Both the position numbers and the translations under genes were made by a program. This document shows positions 13,401 through 28,500 of a stretch of 64,000 nt of DNA, piece after piece. Positions within the stretch are counted from its first letter, which is position 1, and each line of letters begins with the position of its first letter. The notes under the pieces were generated by a model that worked only from the letters and a program-made list of their open reading frames with translations, did not search any database and had not been told where the DNA came from. This DNA is from Albugo candida (taxonomy: Eukaryota): assembly GCA_040437565.1 (NCBI GenBank), contig JBDOQK010000069.1:62001-126000 (forward strand), in the 5' to 3' direction.

Positions 13401-13914
13401 CGGGAACGTTCCAGAAGCCGACAAAACGTCACTGAGACGATGTATGGATGCCGAGCCAAGGTGTTGGAAGACAATGATTGTTCTGAAGACAGGGAGACGT
13501 CAAGTTCCACGAAGGAGTGTACCATTGTTCCAAAGTGGTTGATGGAGTGATTGAGTTGAGGACCGGGTGGTGGTATCCCAACTTGTACGTACCAGTGTTG
13601 TCCGTGTGCGAAGCGTATCGATCCAAAAAGGTGGAAGGTAAAACTATCGTGTTGAGCTCATTTTCGCTGAAGTCATATGCGGAAGATAAAGGATGTCCAA
13701 GCCAAGACCAAGGTGCCGAAGAAAGAGAGTAAAGAGGCATAAGGCTGGTGTAAACCAATGACGCGCTGAATGAGAGGAGGAGCGAATGGCAAGGAGACCG
13801 GAGATGAGTACCGATAGACGATAAATACGTAGTGTATCTACCGGGAAGGTGAAGAAAGACCACCTTGTGACACATGGACGGCGTGCCAGGTGCGTGGGAG
13901 AAGACCAGGTGGAT
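10469..13914 (-). mobile_element. Family X LINE fragment X1: ORF1 remnant and APE endonuclease
   Basis: VVFLQET (~11310), CGDFNLP-like (~10960) and DGKPCCFLDEHER fragments; ORF1 remnant similar to 28556-29170. Confidence 0.8.
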
Positions 13915-16900
13915 AGCAATGAGAATGGACTCCTGTGATGTTTTTGTTGATGAAGGAGCGAACGAGGATGAAGAGTTTGGCCAAGAACGTTTCCGGGATG
14001 TAATTAGCGGTACTAACATGTCAAAGTAGAGGTAGGATCACTGTCTTCAGAAGGAGGACGCGACCGCGATCTGTCCTTTCACGCCATCACCATAATACGA
14101 TTAGTTGATGGATGCTGCGAAGAAGAAGATCCAATTGGTGAGGAGCCGACTTGAAGCCATCCACAGGTACGCCAAGTAGTCGTGTGAAGTTGGTGGTGTC
14201 GAGGGTGTGGAGATTATACTATTGGAGAATGGCGCGCGTGGTATGGGTGGTGTCTCAAGTCGTGAAAGGTAGGACGACTGTTTTGGTGAGATTGAGTGCC
14301 ATCCCAACCGCGGAGCAGAAAGAATGCACATGTGCAGCGGAGGTTGGTGCGGGGCGTAGGTCGGCAAGAAGGCCGGTTGCATCATCGGTGAAAGCGAGGG
14401 TAAGTTGTCTCGAGGCGTGCATAGGGTTGACAATATCATGATGAAAGTTTGAACGGAGGAACGACAGTAGCGGGTCAATATAAAGCACAAAAATACCAGG
14501 AAAGAATGGATGACCCTAGCGAACTCCGATGCCGAGTTGCTTATCCATTGTGGGAAGTTGGGGCCGAAACCAAAGTTTGAGAGATTGGAGTAGAGGGCTG
14601 AGTAGGGAACACTTTCGAAGGCTTTAGCAAAGTCGAGAAAGATGCCTCCTTCGCATTTAAAGGACGGGAGGCGTTTACATAAGTGTTGGAGGTCTAGAAA
14701 TCGGCTAGGGCATCTCGAACACCTCGTCCAGGGACGAAGGCATGCTGATCGGGATGGAGAAGAGTCGGGAGAACGGAATTGAGTCGATGTGCCAATACTT
14801 TGGGGCCAAATTTGGCATCTTGGTTGAGGATCATAAGTGGTCGATAATTGGAAGGATCAGCTCTATCACCAGGCTTGGAGAGGAGGGAAAGATAACTTCT
14901 GCGTTGAAACTTTGTCATTCGGCCAAGGTGAACTTGGAAAGAATATATGAGTTCCACAACTGGTCTCAATAATGTCGGAAATAGTTGGTAGTATTCCGCT
15001 GGAAGGCTCGAGCTGTAAAGGGGGCGTCGAGAAAGGCCCGTTGTTGTGGAGTAAGACGGCACGTTGTTGAGGCAAGAAACGGAGAGTGTTGAGAAGAGGA
15101 ATAAGTGAAGGTTGAGTCGGAGAGCGTTGACGCAGGGTTGAATGCCGGGGATCGATAAATCCGAGCCCAATAGTTCACTGTTAAGTTGCAATAACGTGTG
15201 GGCAAGAAGTGAGTCCAGTTGGGAACTTAACCGGAGTAATTGCCAGACGTAAGGCAGGTGGTGTGGGAGGACGGAAGAAGGTCGATGTACTACCTTCCAT
15301 CTGATAGAAGTCCCTGCGGAACCGTGTCGATCGCCAGCGATCTTCGGGAGCTTCGAGAAAAGTGGGATATTCTGCCCGGGCCGAAAGGTAGGTCGGAGAT
15401 GAATGAGGGGAAGTGGCCTGAAGTTCGAGGTACTGAGATCGAAGTTGGTTCAGACGACGTTCGTTGAAGGCGCGTTTGGTAAGGAAGGTTTGTCGGAGGT
15501 AAATTAAGTCGCGTCATTTGTGCTCGTCCGGTAAGCATCCTGGTTTACCGTCACGTCGTAATTCGGACGAGGGAGAGGGGGGGGGTAAGGCTGGTGAAAA
15601 GATGAGGTATAACTTCGCGATCGCGCAGATGCCATACCGGACAGCGCCAATAGGTCCGTGAGGGTAATGGTTACGATCTGGAGGTGAGACGAAAGGAGAT
15701 AGAGTGATGACCTTCGTTATAGTATGAAGGCGGCGAAATGTTATGGATATCTTGAAGATGATAGTCGAAAAAAGTGAGAGATAGGAGGTAACAATCCAGT
15801 CGATGACGTTGGCCAGGATCAGAAAAGACGTGTGGTCGGATGGCTGATCCGCCATGGATCAATGAGACTAAGGCATTGACGAGAGTTGAAAAGTTCCAGT
15901 CGACCAGGGGCAGTAGATGATCCTTCGGGTCTGTTTTGTCGAGAAGTGGGTCGATAGGAAGGTTGAACTCGCCGCATACCATGTGGACGGTATCCAGAAA
16001 ATTGTATTGGTAATGCAGAGAAGAAGGGGGCCCTGTCCCGGGGTTTGAGTTGAAGCATAGACGCAGTCGAGGTGATAGAGTTGTGTACCAAGGCGAGCCG
16101 ATATGATCATGTATCGGTTGTGTAGTATGGAGAAAGCTCGAGGCTGGGAGTGAGATCTTCTATGTTGGTGAACGGATGATTGGAGCAAAAGATGACGCCG
16201 ACGCCATTTTGACCCGTAAAGGTGGGAATGAGAAGTGAAACCAAAAGGCATGTACATGAGAATCATGACGGAGAAGGAAGTATGTTGCAGAGTGGAGATT
16301 ATACAAGGAAGGAAAGCGTGTTTCTTGGATGAATGAAATTTGATGTTGAGGGAGAAGTTTGGAGCAGAAGAAAGGTGTGGGTGCATGAAGACCGATGATA
16401 TTGATGCTGGCACCATTGAAATGCCATGGGGTCAGACAAGACGCAACTTGGGTGTTCTGAAAGGTCGGAACCGGGGGGAGGAGAAGGTGGATGAGCCGCT
16501 TTGTGCCGAAAGAGCCGTCTTGATTGGAGGTAACGCAGTCGAGTACATAAGCAATGCTGGTCCCATATATGATCGTGCAAGTAAAACGAGGCTTTCATTG
16601 ATGAGGAGAGGGACTGATGTGCCAGCGAGGTAGATAGCGTTGGATTGAATGAGATGTTGCACGTTCAATGGATCGAAATAGACGCTGGATGATGAGGAGA
16701 TGAGGAGATGAGGAGGAAGAGATCCCACGTAGCCAAGAAAGGGGATGGCGTGGGCCTGGTATGGTATAATCTTGCAAATTATGGATGAGGTCGGAGTAAG
16801 TCGCTGTGTCGCGGACGGATGTGAAGTTGCCGAATAAGAGCTAAAAGGCGGAGCCATAGACCCGGTAGAGGGAGTGAGAACGTGTCACTGGTTGGAGAAA

Positions 16901-19900
16901 GCGTTGTTTAGTTGCTGAGAGAAGGTTCGTCCGAATAGGGAAGGTAGAGCGGCTAAACGTAAGTTTGCTTTCGTAATAGCGGTTTCAAGCGCTTTGGCGA
17001 GAAAAAAATCAATGTAGTCGAACTGATTCGCCCTTGACATTGATCCAACATCAAAGCAGATCGTTGACTGTTGAGATCGTGATGGGTGGATGGATTGGGT
17101 GCTTCAAGGAAGCCGGAACAGTGGACACATGAGTCGTATTTTTCGTGAATATCCGGGTTGAACGCCGAAATGGGAACATTAGGATCGCAATGGTCAATCC
17201 AGAGAAGTTCAAGAATGTTGGGCATGACCGGGAACTTAAAATTCATTTTGTTGTAAAATATACGGATTTGTGATTGAGGGATGTTTGAAACGGCCGATGC
17301 GTGATCCGTCGCGAGGTAAGATGTCCGCGTAACAAATTTGAAGTGCGGTTCAGTTGGAGGGGCGGCAGGATCTTGATGACTTTTTGACGTGCTGAAAAGG
17401 TGGCATCGCTCATGATCGAAGATCCGAATTATGAAGCGTCATTAGTAGAGTCCAAAACTGATGATTCGGAAGTAGGAAAGACAGCTTGGGGCTTTGAAGT
17501 GTCCGATATAACTGATGAAGATGCATCGGAAGGGCGGGTAGCGACAAGATTAGCCCAGATACTTGAGTTCAAAGGTCAGCTTAAGCTAAATCCGGAAGTC
17601 TTAGTTCCAGGGCGGTGAGGTGGTGGCGTCACTTTGTTGTACTTGCTGAGTCGATTTGTAACGATGTAAGGACGGAGTTGTGTGTGCTGGTGTGATGGGT
17701 CATGAAAAGTTATCCCCTAACCGGGTTATGGTAGAGACAGACGGGTACTTTGCCGGAGGTGAAATATGCTGTCCATTGAGTTGAGGGAAGCCCACTATCG
17801 ATGGAGGGTCGAATGCCTGTTGGGAGACAGCCACGTTGTTGAAACCAGTCGTAGATTTCACTATCCGTGATCCCATCCGGCAAGCGTACAGAATGTGCTA
17901 ATTATCGTGAAGTGAATGAGGAGTAGCGGTCAATTAGAAGCCGCAGTGGCGAAGAGACAAAGCTCAAACTATCATAAAGAAGATGCCACATTGAACGAGG
18001 TTCAGAAAAAGTCGATTCCCATGCCTTGGATTGAGCGGAAGTCGCGTAATAGGTAGTTGTTTTTGAAATTCTGCCACGCAAGGGTTTAAGACGCATTTTT
18101 GAGCTCAATGTAAATTTTCGAAGAGCTTCTTCAAGCGATATGTAACCGCAGAGAATCCAGAATTTGAACGGGACTTTGGTCCGAGTTGGTGCAATTCGAA
18201 GGGCGATGCGTTTTGCTCTTCGACATTGCCCGTAAGAAGAGCGTGAGCGATGGCTTCTTCAATTTCTTGGAGAAGAGCGTCATAAGAAATCTCAAGTGAA
18301 AAACGCTGTCGTTGAGGGGGTCGTGGAGGGCCAAGAGGGGTAGTGGTGGCGAATGTTGACGCGATTTCCATTGCTCAGCCCGTGACATTGATTGTGGTGG
18401 TGTTGGGCGAAGTTTCGGCGGCGGAGGAGGTGGATTGGTAGGTGGTGGAAGCGTTGATCCCGTTAATGTGGGGGAATAGAGGACGGTGATGTTGATAAGG
18501 GGGTTCCTTGCCTGCGGAAGCGTGCGATGAACGCGTGATCATGTTGGTTGGTCAGCCAGTAACAGAAAAGACACTGACCCAAGTCTATTTTCCGTGAAAA
18601 GCGGACCAAAGATCTGATTAAAGTAGAAAAGTGACGGGTAGGCTAGTCGACAGTACCACTGTAATCTGGTCCTAGGGCGATGGATGGGGCAGTAAACTGT
18701 AAAAGCTAAGTTGATAGTCGGAAATTCCAGTCGAAAGTAGCCTTGGGATCTGGGCTGTGGGCGAGAGGCGGCGCAGAGAACCGGAAGACTTGGTTGAAAG
18801 GTGGAAAGGTTCAGTTGAGGGAGAATGGGCACTATTGAAGGCGGAAAATGACGGAAAGATGAAGCTGGAAACTGTAGGATGTGCATTGCTTAAATTCGAG
18901 CTCCAAGAAAACCTTAAAGATGTTAATGTACCATACTGCTGATAATTGCTTCAATCCATTTGAACTTCGCTGTAGCTAGCAAACTTGACCCTTTTTTTCA
19001 TTTCTGGTTGTGGCCGCATGTACACATCTTCGAAATATCCATTAAGAAATGCTGTATCCACATCATACAGGGTAATCTCGTAACCAACTTGAACACAGAC
19101 ATACTGAGGAATACTCTGATCGAAATGATGCTTGCAACAGGGGTGTATGTTTCATTTTAGTCGACTCCGGTTGTTTGTCGAAGTCGTTGCGCAACCAGTC
19201 TTGCCTTATATATCTCAACTGCACCATGGTCGCCTCGCTAAATTGCAAACACCCATTTACACCCGATCACCTTCTGACCGTTTGGACTATCTACTCTTTT
19301 CCATGTCTGCTTTTCATTCAGCGACTTGAACTCTAATGCTGCCGCATGTTTGCATTGGGGAGCTTCAGCGCTTTGCAAAACTTCCGGTTATGTTGTAGGG
19401 CTTTCAATGGCTGCGTTTGCTTGCACGGACGTAAGCCGCAATCGCTTTTACTCTCGATTGACTTCAGCAAGATCGAGCTGATTTTTATCTTGATACGAAA
19501 TAATGGCATCGCTGAACGCAATTGCTGGTGTTGTCCTGTGGAGACGTCCGGGAACAATGCTGATGTCGTGATTATGTGAATATCCATCCATTTATATTCA
19601 TCATCTCGACACAATATTAGTTTCTGGACGTTGGCACTGAGAACTAACTTGGCTAGGAGGAACTGAGATAATTCCCCCCGGCACAATATTCATCAACTTC
19701 CATGTAGGAAGTGCCTTCAGCTGAATGATCCAAGGATACTAAGTGTATGTCAAGTCGTCCAGGTACCATGAGTTGATGATTTTAGTATGTTTGGCCAGCT
19801 TGATAAATTTTCATGAATTGCGGTTTCTGACACTCGATGCGTACACATGGAGTTCGATGATAATCAAATGAATTTCTTCTTGGAGTCATTTCAGGGTTCT

Positions 19901-22517
19901 AAAATATTGACATGAATATACATGGTCTGATTAGCTTCTGTTAGGCGAATACTTCGGGATATCTCTACTCTTTTGGTCGGTATGTTGAATACCCGATACG
20001 CTTTCGAGTTGTCCGCGTATCCGAGGAATAGCAGGATTAGGCCATTGCGTCTAATTATGATTGCTTCGACTTGTCGATATGTGCAAAGCCAGTAGATCCG
20101 AAAAGACGAGGGTGACTGATGCCTGCTTTTTCTTTGAAACAAATTTTCAGTGATGTGCACTACACTCGAAGACTATTCAGGACGCGGCGTATGATTTACG
20201 CTGCGGTACTGACAGCTTCCGCTCACCATTCCTTTGCCATATTCTTGTGTTCCATCATTGCACGAGCTCTTTAATGAATCTTCGGTTCATCGTTTCGCCA
20301 AACCATACTGTTGCGTTGAGAACGTGTCCCATAGTCTGATGGACTATTCCATTTCGTTGACAATCTTCCTCAATTCGCCTTTTCAAAAAATATGTACCGT
20401 TATCCGTTCATAAGCACTTGATCTCCTACTTGTTTGGCGTTCCACCATCGCTTTGTAAGCCACCTGCTGATGTCGTTCTCATCGGTCCCAACAGATCGCT
20501 GTAGATTACTTGCAGCAGTTCCGTTGTCTTCTACTCAATGCTCTTTGCGTCGAGAATTGGGACACCGATGATTTTTCATTTTCACAACCCGCACAAATCT
20601 CATCTGTTTCTATATCATCGTGAACAGAACATTCTGGCACTTGAACCCCAGTGCAACATTTTTGCGTTCGTTCAAGTTGAGCAGAGGGAGGTAACTCAAG
20701 CGAGCATGCCATATTTTCAGTCTTGACTGCCTTCACTGGAAGATGCAGGCGATGTAGTCTCGGTTCGTGTCCTTGGTAGTGTATGCAGTGTGACATCTCC
20801 CCCTCCGCTTTATACGAATGATCGTCTCGGTCTCTGACTTAATCTCGCACCAGTTGCTACCAAAAGAAACATTAAGACCACTGGCCGTTAACTCGGATGT
20901 TGATAGTAGTGGGCGGTCCAATTTCGGCACGTATAACACGTCATGAATGGTGACATGTTCAGCATTGTTGAGACTAACTGGTATTGAACAAGTGCTTTTA
21001 GCTTCGACTGTAGTCTCATTTGCAATTGGTATCTTGATTGAACGATCAAGATCCATCAGTGATGCGAATTCTGACTTGTCATAGCTCATATGACCGCTGT
21101 TAGCACTGTTCAAAAGCCAGGCATTCTTCTTTGGGCGGTAATTTTCATAAGCGCATAATCGTTCCGGCTTAAACGCTTTTTTTATTTGCTTCGTTAAAAA
21201 CATTCCGCTTGTCTTTGCACACGCTTTCCACAGTTGAAACATTTCCACCAAACGAGTTCCTGTTGATTCGAGTATTGTTGGGTCTTGTCCTTAAAAATTT
21301 ACTCTTCTTGGCCTTCAGCCCAAGATCCTTTAATTCCTTTTTTCTGGATACTGTCCTAGTCTCGGCGGATAATTTCACGAGCACTCTTCGAATTGATTCC
21401 AGGCATGCTCTTCAGGATTCGTGTAATGTGTTCATAGTCTTTAGACAGACTACCCAGAAACACCGGGAGCATTCTTACTCATCCGTCACGTCTCCGATAG
21501 ACGACATGCTCATCGCTAGTTCATCTAGCTTTATCATATGATCCATCAAGCTGCTCCCTCTTTCCATCTTGAGCTCGTGCAGCTAACGTCGCACTTGTAC
21601 TCGATTGTGTAAACTTTTCCGATCAAAAGAATTGTGGAATGTATCTCAAAGCTGCCTCGTCGACATCGTATTCCTGATCATCAATTGATTCAGCGCCGTG
21701 AGCATTGTCGAAAGAAGACAAAACGTCTTCAGGTCGTTTGTTCTCTAAACTGCCACCGCTGAAGCGTCCTCCATCTTGATGTCAACTTCTTCCAAATGCT
21801 GTAGTAAACGTCTCCTCGCAGACTTCATCCGTGCATTGAATTCCAAATAGAAGCAGTTGCCGTCTCTGAGTATGTCATGCCTGACATCCATCGCGCTTGG
21901 GCTCATTAGCTGCTGATGGTCTCCAACCAACGAGAACCAGGGAGCTTAAATTCGGAAGTACGTATATTAGGTCCCTAATTCACNNNNNNNNNNNNNNNNN
22001 NNNNNNNNNNNNNNNNNNNNNNNNNNNNNNNNNNNNNNNNNNNNNNNNNNNNNNNNNNNNNNNNNNNNNNNNNNNNNNNNNNNAGTAAACGTCTCCTCGC
22101 AGACTTCATCCGTGCATTGAATTCCAAATAGAAGCAGTTGCCGTCTCTGAGTATGTCATGCCTGACATCCATCGCGCTTGGGCTCATTAGCTGCTGATGG
22201 TCTCCAACCAACGAGAACCAGGGAGCTTAAATTCGGAAGTACGTATATTAGGTCCCTAATTCACTTAACAGTTAATCTAAGCCTTTAAAAACTACCGCAT
22301 CTTATCTGCAAGTCCGTTATGTTGCTAACATCCAACGAAAACTGGTCCGAGGGCAAGAGACAATTCATTGAGTGTAGAGGTGAGCTGGAAAGGGGTTACT
22401 GGGGTTGGTGGAGAAGGCTGAGTAGGCTGCTAAAGTTGAGACGTAGCCGGCTTTATGGACTATTGATGGAGCTAGGTACAAGGAAAAGCACGTGTGCACC
22501 AGCGAGAGAATTGGAAA
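13915..22517 (-). mobile_element. Family X LINE X2 (5' UTR, ORF1 remnant, APE, RT; 3' truncated; copia inserted in 5' UTR)
   Basis: VCGEFNLPIDP (APE); NYRPLMILNQDAKFGPKVLAHRL and LAFTDDATG (RT); 5' UTR 22335-22517 homologous to 32492-32680. Confidence 0.85.
18900..22330 (-). mobile_element. Ty1/copia remnant (5' LTR 22192-22330, PBS, gag, protease, integrase, start of RT; 3' truncated)
   Basis: Minus strand LTR TGTTAG...AGCA then PBS-like GCTAATGAGCCC; gag DGNCFYLEFNARM; protease WLLNSANSGHM, DVLYVPKL; FLGYADNSKAYRVF; YTPVASI. Confidence 0.85.
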
Positions 22518-22535
22518 GTCGGGAGTTTGGCTGGG
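22518..22535 (+). repeat. 28S rRNA-derived target duplication GTCGGGAGTTTGGCTGGG
   Basis: 17/18 match to conserved LSU GTGGGGAGTTTGGCTGGG; lies exactly between the 3' end of X3 and the 5' end of X2. Confidence 0.85.
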
Positions 22536-25500
22536 ATGTTACGTTACATTATAATTACGTTGACATTCCTATACGCTAGCTATGTGAAAAGAATAAAATG
22601 TAATATATAACAAGGAAGACTAGCATTGGCCCAAGTGAGCGCGCATGGTATGCCGGGGTCGTTGGGTAAAGAGGTGTTGTGCGGAACCGGGTAGATGGGG
22701 AAGCGGTAAAAGCGCAAGAGGATCTCCATCATGGCCTTAACGGAAACTTCATAACAGACAGGCGATCTTTATCCAATGGGTGTGGTAGTGGTTTGTAGGA
22801 CTATATGTTGTCGAAAGGCCGCATTTACTTGATACAAGACAAAGGCGTAGTTGGTCGCTTGGTTTTTGTAAACGCGGTGGTTGCGATGGAGCCATGATGT
22901 GCGAAGAATGCAGCCACGAAGGCAGTGTAGGATAGGTAAGACCACGGAACCAATCATTGTCTGGAATCGGGCCTGAGCCGAAAATCCGAATGGAAAAAGA
23001 GACTGGTCCAATCTAGAGGATGGGAATAAACGAAGTCGAAGGGGTTCNNNNNNNNNNNNNNNNNNNNNNNNNNNNNNNNNNNNNNNNNNNNNNNNNNNNN
23101 NNNNNNNNNNNNNNNNNNNNNNNNNNNNNNNNNNNNNNNNNNNNNNNGCTAGCTATGTGAAAAGAATAAAATGTAATATATAACAAGGAAGACTAGCATT
23201 GGCCCAAGTGAGCGCGCATGGTATGCCGGGGTCGTTGGGTAAAGAGGTGTTGTGCGGAACCGGGTAGATGGGGAAGCGGTAAAAGCGCAAGAGGATCTCC
23301 ATCATGGCCTTAACGGAAACTTCATAACAGACAGGCGATCTTTATCCAATGGGTGTGGTAGTGGTTTGTAGGACTATATGTTGTCGAAAGGCCGCATTTA
23401 CTTGATACAAGACAAAGGCGTAGTTGGTCGCTTGGTTTTTGTAAACGCGGTGGTTGCGATGGAGCCATGATGTGCGAAGAATGCAGCCACGAAGGCAGTG
23501 TAGGATAGGTAAGACCACGGAACCAATCATTGTCTGGAATCGGGCCTGAGCCGAAAATCCGAATGGAAAAAGAGACTGGTCCAATCTAGAGGATGGGAAT
23601 AAACGAAGTCGAAGGGGTTCTAGTAAAAAGACTAAAGTATTCGAGCGATACGACAATCCCAAAAAAGGTGACGAGGTGTCTCGATAAACGAGCAGCCATG
23701 TACGCAAAGGGTGGAGAGGTGAACCTGAGTGCGCCATTGTAACGGCAAACGAGGGCGTTGTGAAGAAGGCGAAAAAACAGATCGGAGCAGACGGATTTGA
23801 GATACCGATTCAGTGATTGTTGATCTGCCCAGAAAGTTGTTGTTAGGGATATGGGGAGATGCTAGAACGAAATGCATAGACGAGAGAAGGGGAGTGCTGG
23901 TGGGGAAGGGGGTTAGAGTTGTCGAATGATCAAATTGGTGGTGACACGATGGAGAGGTAAATTATCCAAGTTCCCGGCATCATAGGCACCAAGGTGGGGA
24001 TCTGGGGATAGAGGGCGAAAGGATCCAGCAATGTAAAGTTGTAGGATGATGATGTTAAGCTTGGTTAGTAGGGTAGTGGCGACTTTGTTGACTTGTTTGG
24101 TTCAGGAGCGGAAGAAAAGACGGAGGGAGTCCAATTGTAGTGATACGACTAGGAGCTGCAGGAAAGTCTAGGATACGATAGACGTATTGAGATAGAAGGT
24201 GATGACTTATGGTGATCGTTCTCATAAGAGGGAGTTCAGAGGTGTCATAGCAGAGGAGATTTTTTTAGCCAAATAGGCTGATATAGGTGTTAAGTTATAG
24301 AGCGATATTTAGAGAATAGATAGGGAAGGAAATGCTGGCACCACAAACCCAGAGTGTCAAGCCAAATGGCTGGGACATGACGCCATTTGGTAGAGTTGGG
24401 TGTAACTGGAAGTGGTGTTGCAATATAGAGAATATCCAGTAAGACTCCGGCGTTTTGTAAAATGTCAGAAAGAAGCTGAAGGATGAAGAAACCAATGAGG
24501 GATGTACCCTCGGGAGCGACAGATTTCGCATATGGCTTCAATAAGGATGATGAGACGAATGCTGCGTAGGGTGACGGCAACTAAAGGTAGGCCGAGGTCA
24601 CCAAGGGAAGGTGATACCAAGTGCCATACTGCGATGAGCTGCCCTTGTGTAGAAGAGGTTGGAAGGTCGGCAGTGGTTTTGTTTTGAACGAAGTTGTGGA
24701 CGATAGGTCGTAGACGAGCGAGTTGGTCATTACTGAAGTAAATGATCGAACCAACATGCCAAAGAATGAGGAGAACGATCGTACGGAGGATTAGTACGCA
24801 TCCACGGATGGTTCGTTCTCGCCAACGCCATACCAGCGCATGGTGATGAAATTGAGTGAGGAGTTGGTCGGATTGATACGAAGATGACGGTCTCGGTCCA
24901 ACATAGACGCCCAAACGTAATTTAGAGCTCTCGACGAGTCGTACATCCAATGAGGTGAAGCTGGGTCGGAGGGAGTTGACATGTGAAGACCCGGACGGAA
25001 AGGCATGACTATTGTATTAGACCCTTTAGAGTCATGTCAACCGCAGAACAAAATGTTTGAACTTGGGATAAAAATGTCGGAACGTGGGTTAGTCGTCCAG
25101 TAAGCCAGTGACATCGTCAGCGGACGCCAAAATGGGTTGAGATTCCGGGTGAGTGGGGACTGGGAGACCGAAATCGGATAATCGTTGCCGAAGGTAGTTC
25201 AGTAGAGGCTCAATAGATATCACAAATAGCCCGGAAGATAAAGGATCGCCTTGTGGAACACCAGCGTCAATGGAGAAGAGGCGGCTGGCGCTCCATTGAC
25301 GAGATCTTGAGATATGTTGGCGATGTAGAAGGTCGTAATTCAACGGCAAAAGCGGGGACTAAACCATAAGTGGCGACGCGTCACGAGGAACACCTGACGA
25401 TCAATTCTGTGAAAAGCCTTGGCATAGTCGAGGAGGATCGCCCTAGCATTTGGGAAAGAAGGGTGAAGCCGACAAAAGTATTTAAGAGCGTGGAAGCGAC

Positions 25501-28500
25501 GAAAAACATGCGGAATGCTGCGTCCCGGTACAAATACAAATTAATCCGTATGCAAAAGATGGGGTAGGACTGGATTCTAGAGATAAGCCAAAATCTTGGG
25601 CCCGAATTTGGCGTCTTGAATGAGAAAAGTGAATGGAATAGGGAGATGAAGCTTCGTCGTTGAACTTTGGACATGCGGCCTTTCATGTATTGTGCAAAGT
25701 AGACGATATTGAGTAGACGGGACCAAGTTTGCGGAAATAGTTGGTAATATGCAGCTGGGAGTCCATCCAGTTCAGTTGCTTTGCCGCGAGTAGTAGAGGT
25801 AATAGCGTCATAGAAATCTCGAGCTGTAAACGGTGCGTCGAGTAGGCTAGTTCGGGATGCATATAAGCGCGCAGTAGAACTGATGAGGATTCAACCATGG
25901 GTTGTAGAGGAGTATTGGGGTGGTGTGTAATGAAAATCTAGAGAAGGAGACCGAAAAATGTGACCTTAGTTACGTCGATGGACGTGAGCTATATTTGATT
26001 GATCCTTCGATAACGATCCGTCGGAAAGCGTGACTCCAGTGATTGCGAGTTGAAGGGTAGGATGAGTAGGGGTCGAATAAAATGCTATGAACAAGTTCCT
26101 GATTGATAGGAAGTTGAGTTCGAACGGTGCTGTGCGGTGGATTTACTTCTTGACTTCGGTATTAGCGTGTAGTTCCGGTCGTGCTTGTAGAAGAGACGGA
26201 GAGGGGTTGGAGGGCGAAGTGGATAAAGGCTCAAGTTCACGTCTCCATCGATGAGTAGATCATGGTATTGGAGGTGGTGGTGAATTTTGGCCGTGAATGT
26301 GCGTCGTAAAAACACTGTATCTTTGCGCTTGTGCTCATCCAGTAGACACCCCGGAGTGCAGTATATTTGGATGGTAGTGGGAAGACGATCCAGGTTGATT
26401 GTAAATGGGCTTGGACGTCCAAATCTTGTAAGACCCAAAGATGGCAGCTGTAAGGTTTTTTGGAATGAAGGGGGTAGTCTCTGGATGCTATTGTGAAGGT
26501 GATAGGAACATGATCGGCGTGGAAGAAGTGTCCCGTGGAGCAGTGTTGGATAGTCTGCAAAAAAAAAAAAATAATAATCGTCAAAAATGCCAAAGCTGAA
26601 GAGACAGTAGTCGAGACGGTTGCGAAGTTTNNNNNNNNNNNNNNNNNNNNNNNNNNNNNNNNNNNNNNNNNNNNNNNNNNNNNNNNNNNNNNNNNNNNNN
26701 NNNNNNNNNNNNNNNNNNNNNNNNNNNNNNGTCTGCAAAAAAAAAAAGAAAAATAATCGTCAAAAATGCCAAAGCTGAAGAGACAGTAGTCGAGACGGTT
26801 GCGAAGTTTGGAGCCCGTAAAATCACTAATTCTGGGATGTGTCAACCTCCAAACGTCGAAGACGACATCTACTGAAGCAGCTGTTCGCGGCCATGATGAT
26901 GGCAGCGGTCAGCTTCATTTACTTGGTCCAAAACGGGGTCGACAGGTCGATTGAAGTTACCACCTATAATGTGCTGTGCATCGGCAGAAAAATGCGCTGG
27001 AAGATCTTTAAAAAAAGTCGGACGGTCATTGTGGTGGACGAAGACGTATATGCAATGAAGAAACAGTAGATAAACTTGAAACGTTGTTTCGAGAACGATG
27101 TAGCGATTGTGTAACATAGGTTTGGAGGCATAAGTCACCGTTTTATCCACCACTGGACCAAAATGATCATTACCGGAGATAATGCTGCCAACGCCATGGT
27201 GACCCGTAAATTCGGAGGATCTTGTGTGGGACCAAAAGCTGCGTGCGTAGCGTCAGTTGTGTGGAGAAAGTAGTCACATGATTGGAGGTGATCTAACGAG
27301 GAGAACTTAAATTCTTGAATGAACAGTAAATGTCGATGTTGTAAAAGAGATTGAAAGACGGAGGAGATGACTCGAGTGAGGCCATTGGTGTTAATAGATT
27401 AAACCATGAACTTGCCATTGAGATGACTTAGGGATGAATGATCATATCCTCTGGCGAGGTATCGACTATAGGGGTTCAAGGACTTGTATTGCCTATTTGA
27501 TTGATTGAAGGGTGGTGTCATACATCAATACCGATAAGCCAAACTGGGACCGTTCGAGGCCGATAAGGAAGCGATCTGATGGCGCGAAACCAGGGTATGA
27601 AATAGATATGTTGATGGATCATCTAATAAATGCTGAAATTTGAGAGGATAGAAATAGGTGGATGAGGCGGCAGCAAGAAGGTAGAGATCCCATAAAGCGG
27701 CATGTTGTCCACTAGTCTTGAGATCGGGAGTAACGCGAGTACAGAATCGGATATCTCTTGCATGGATTCAGCATCTTTGAAGGAGGAAAACGAGGCAATA
27801 AGGGAAGCAAAAGCAGCATCATAGAAGCGATAGAGTGTGCGGAGAGAAATCCAAGATTTGGGCTGGCATGAAAGCAGAAATCTTTGGACGGATAAGTAGG
27901 CTGGGTGGTAATGATTCTGCAAAGGAGTGATTCGGGGTCGGAAGGAGGGTGGGCTTCCAAATAATTGTCAAGGTACAGCAGGAGAGCAGCTCGTGACATC
28001 GATTCAATATTGAAGGTGATAGCTTTGGCTTGAACTGCAGCAGTAAGGGGTGGATTGTCACCAATGATGGTAACGGAAGATTGACTGGGTGGCTCCGCAT
28101 CCTATCTCATATCCAGGTCAAAGTTATATATAGGTGTATCCGGATCACAGGGATCAATTTATAAGGGACAATAATAATTGGGTAACTCGAACTCATAGGC
28201 ATTAGTATCTGGTGTTGCTGGTATTTGAGGAGCAGTGAGAACATGACGAGGAGAATCCCTGATATGATCGAGAGCGATATATTTTGCTCGATGGATGCGT
28301 TGGCAATAATGAGAACCTTTTGCATAATCGGGTTGGAAGTGATGATGGTGAAATTCTCGTCGCCAGCGAGTGCATCAGAAACTTCGAAGGAGGTGTTTTC
28401 CTAACGATCGTCGATACAGAAGGAATCGCCGACACCATCAATGTTATGATCCACACCAATATCAGAGTCAGTAGAGGGGGTAAGGTTCACACGTGTGCCA

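Noticed and set aside
21803-22263. Duplicated copia LTR/gag start
   Set aside because: Identical copies flank a gap; assembly artefact, not a second LTR
22577-23618. ~470-bp duplication giving twin ORFs MDQSLFPFGF...
   Set aside because: Gap-flanking overlap artefact
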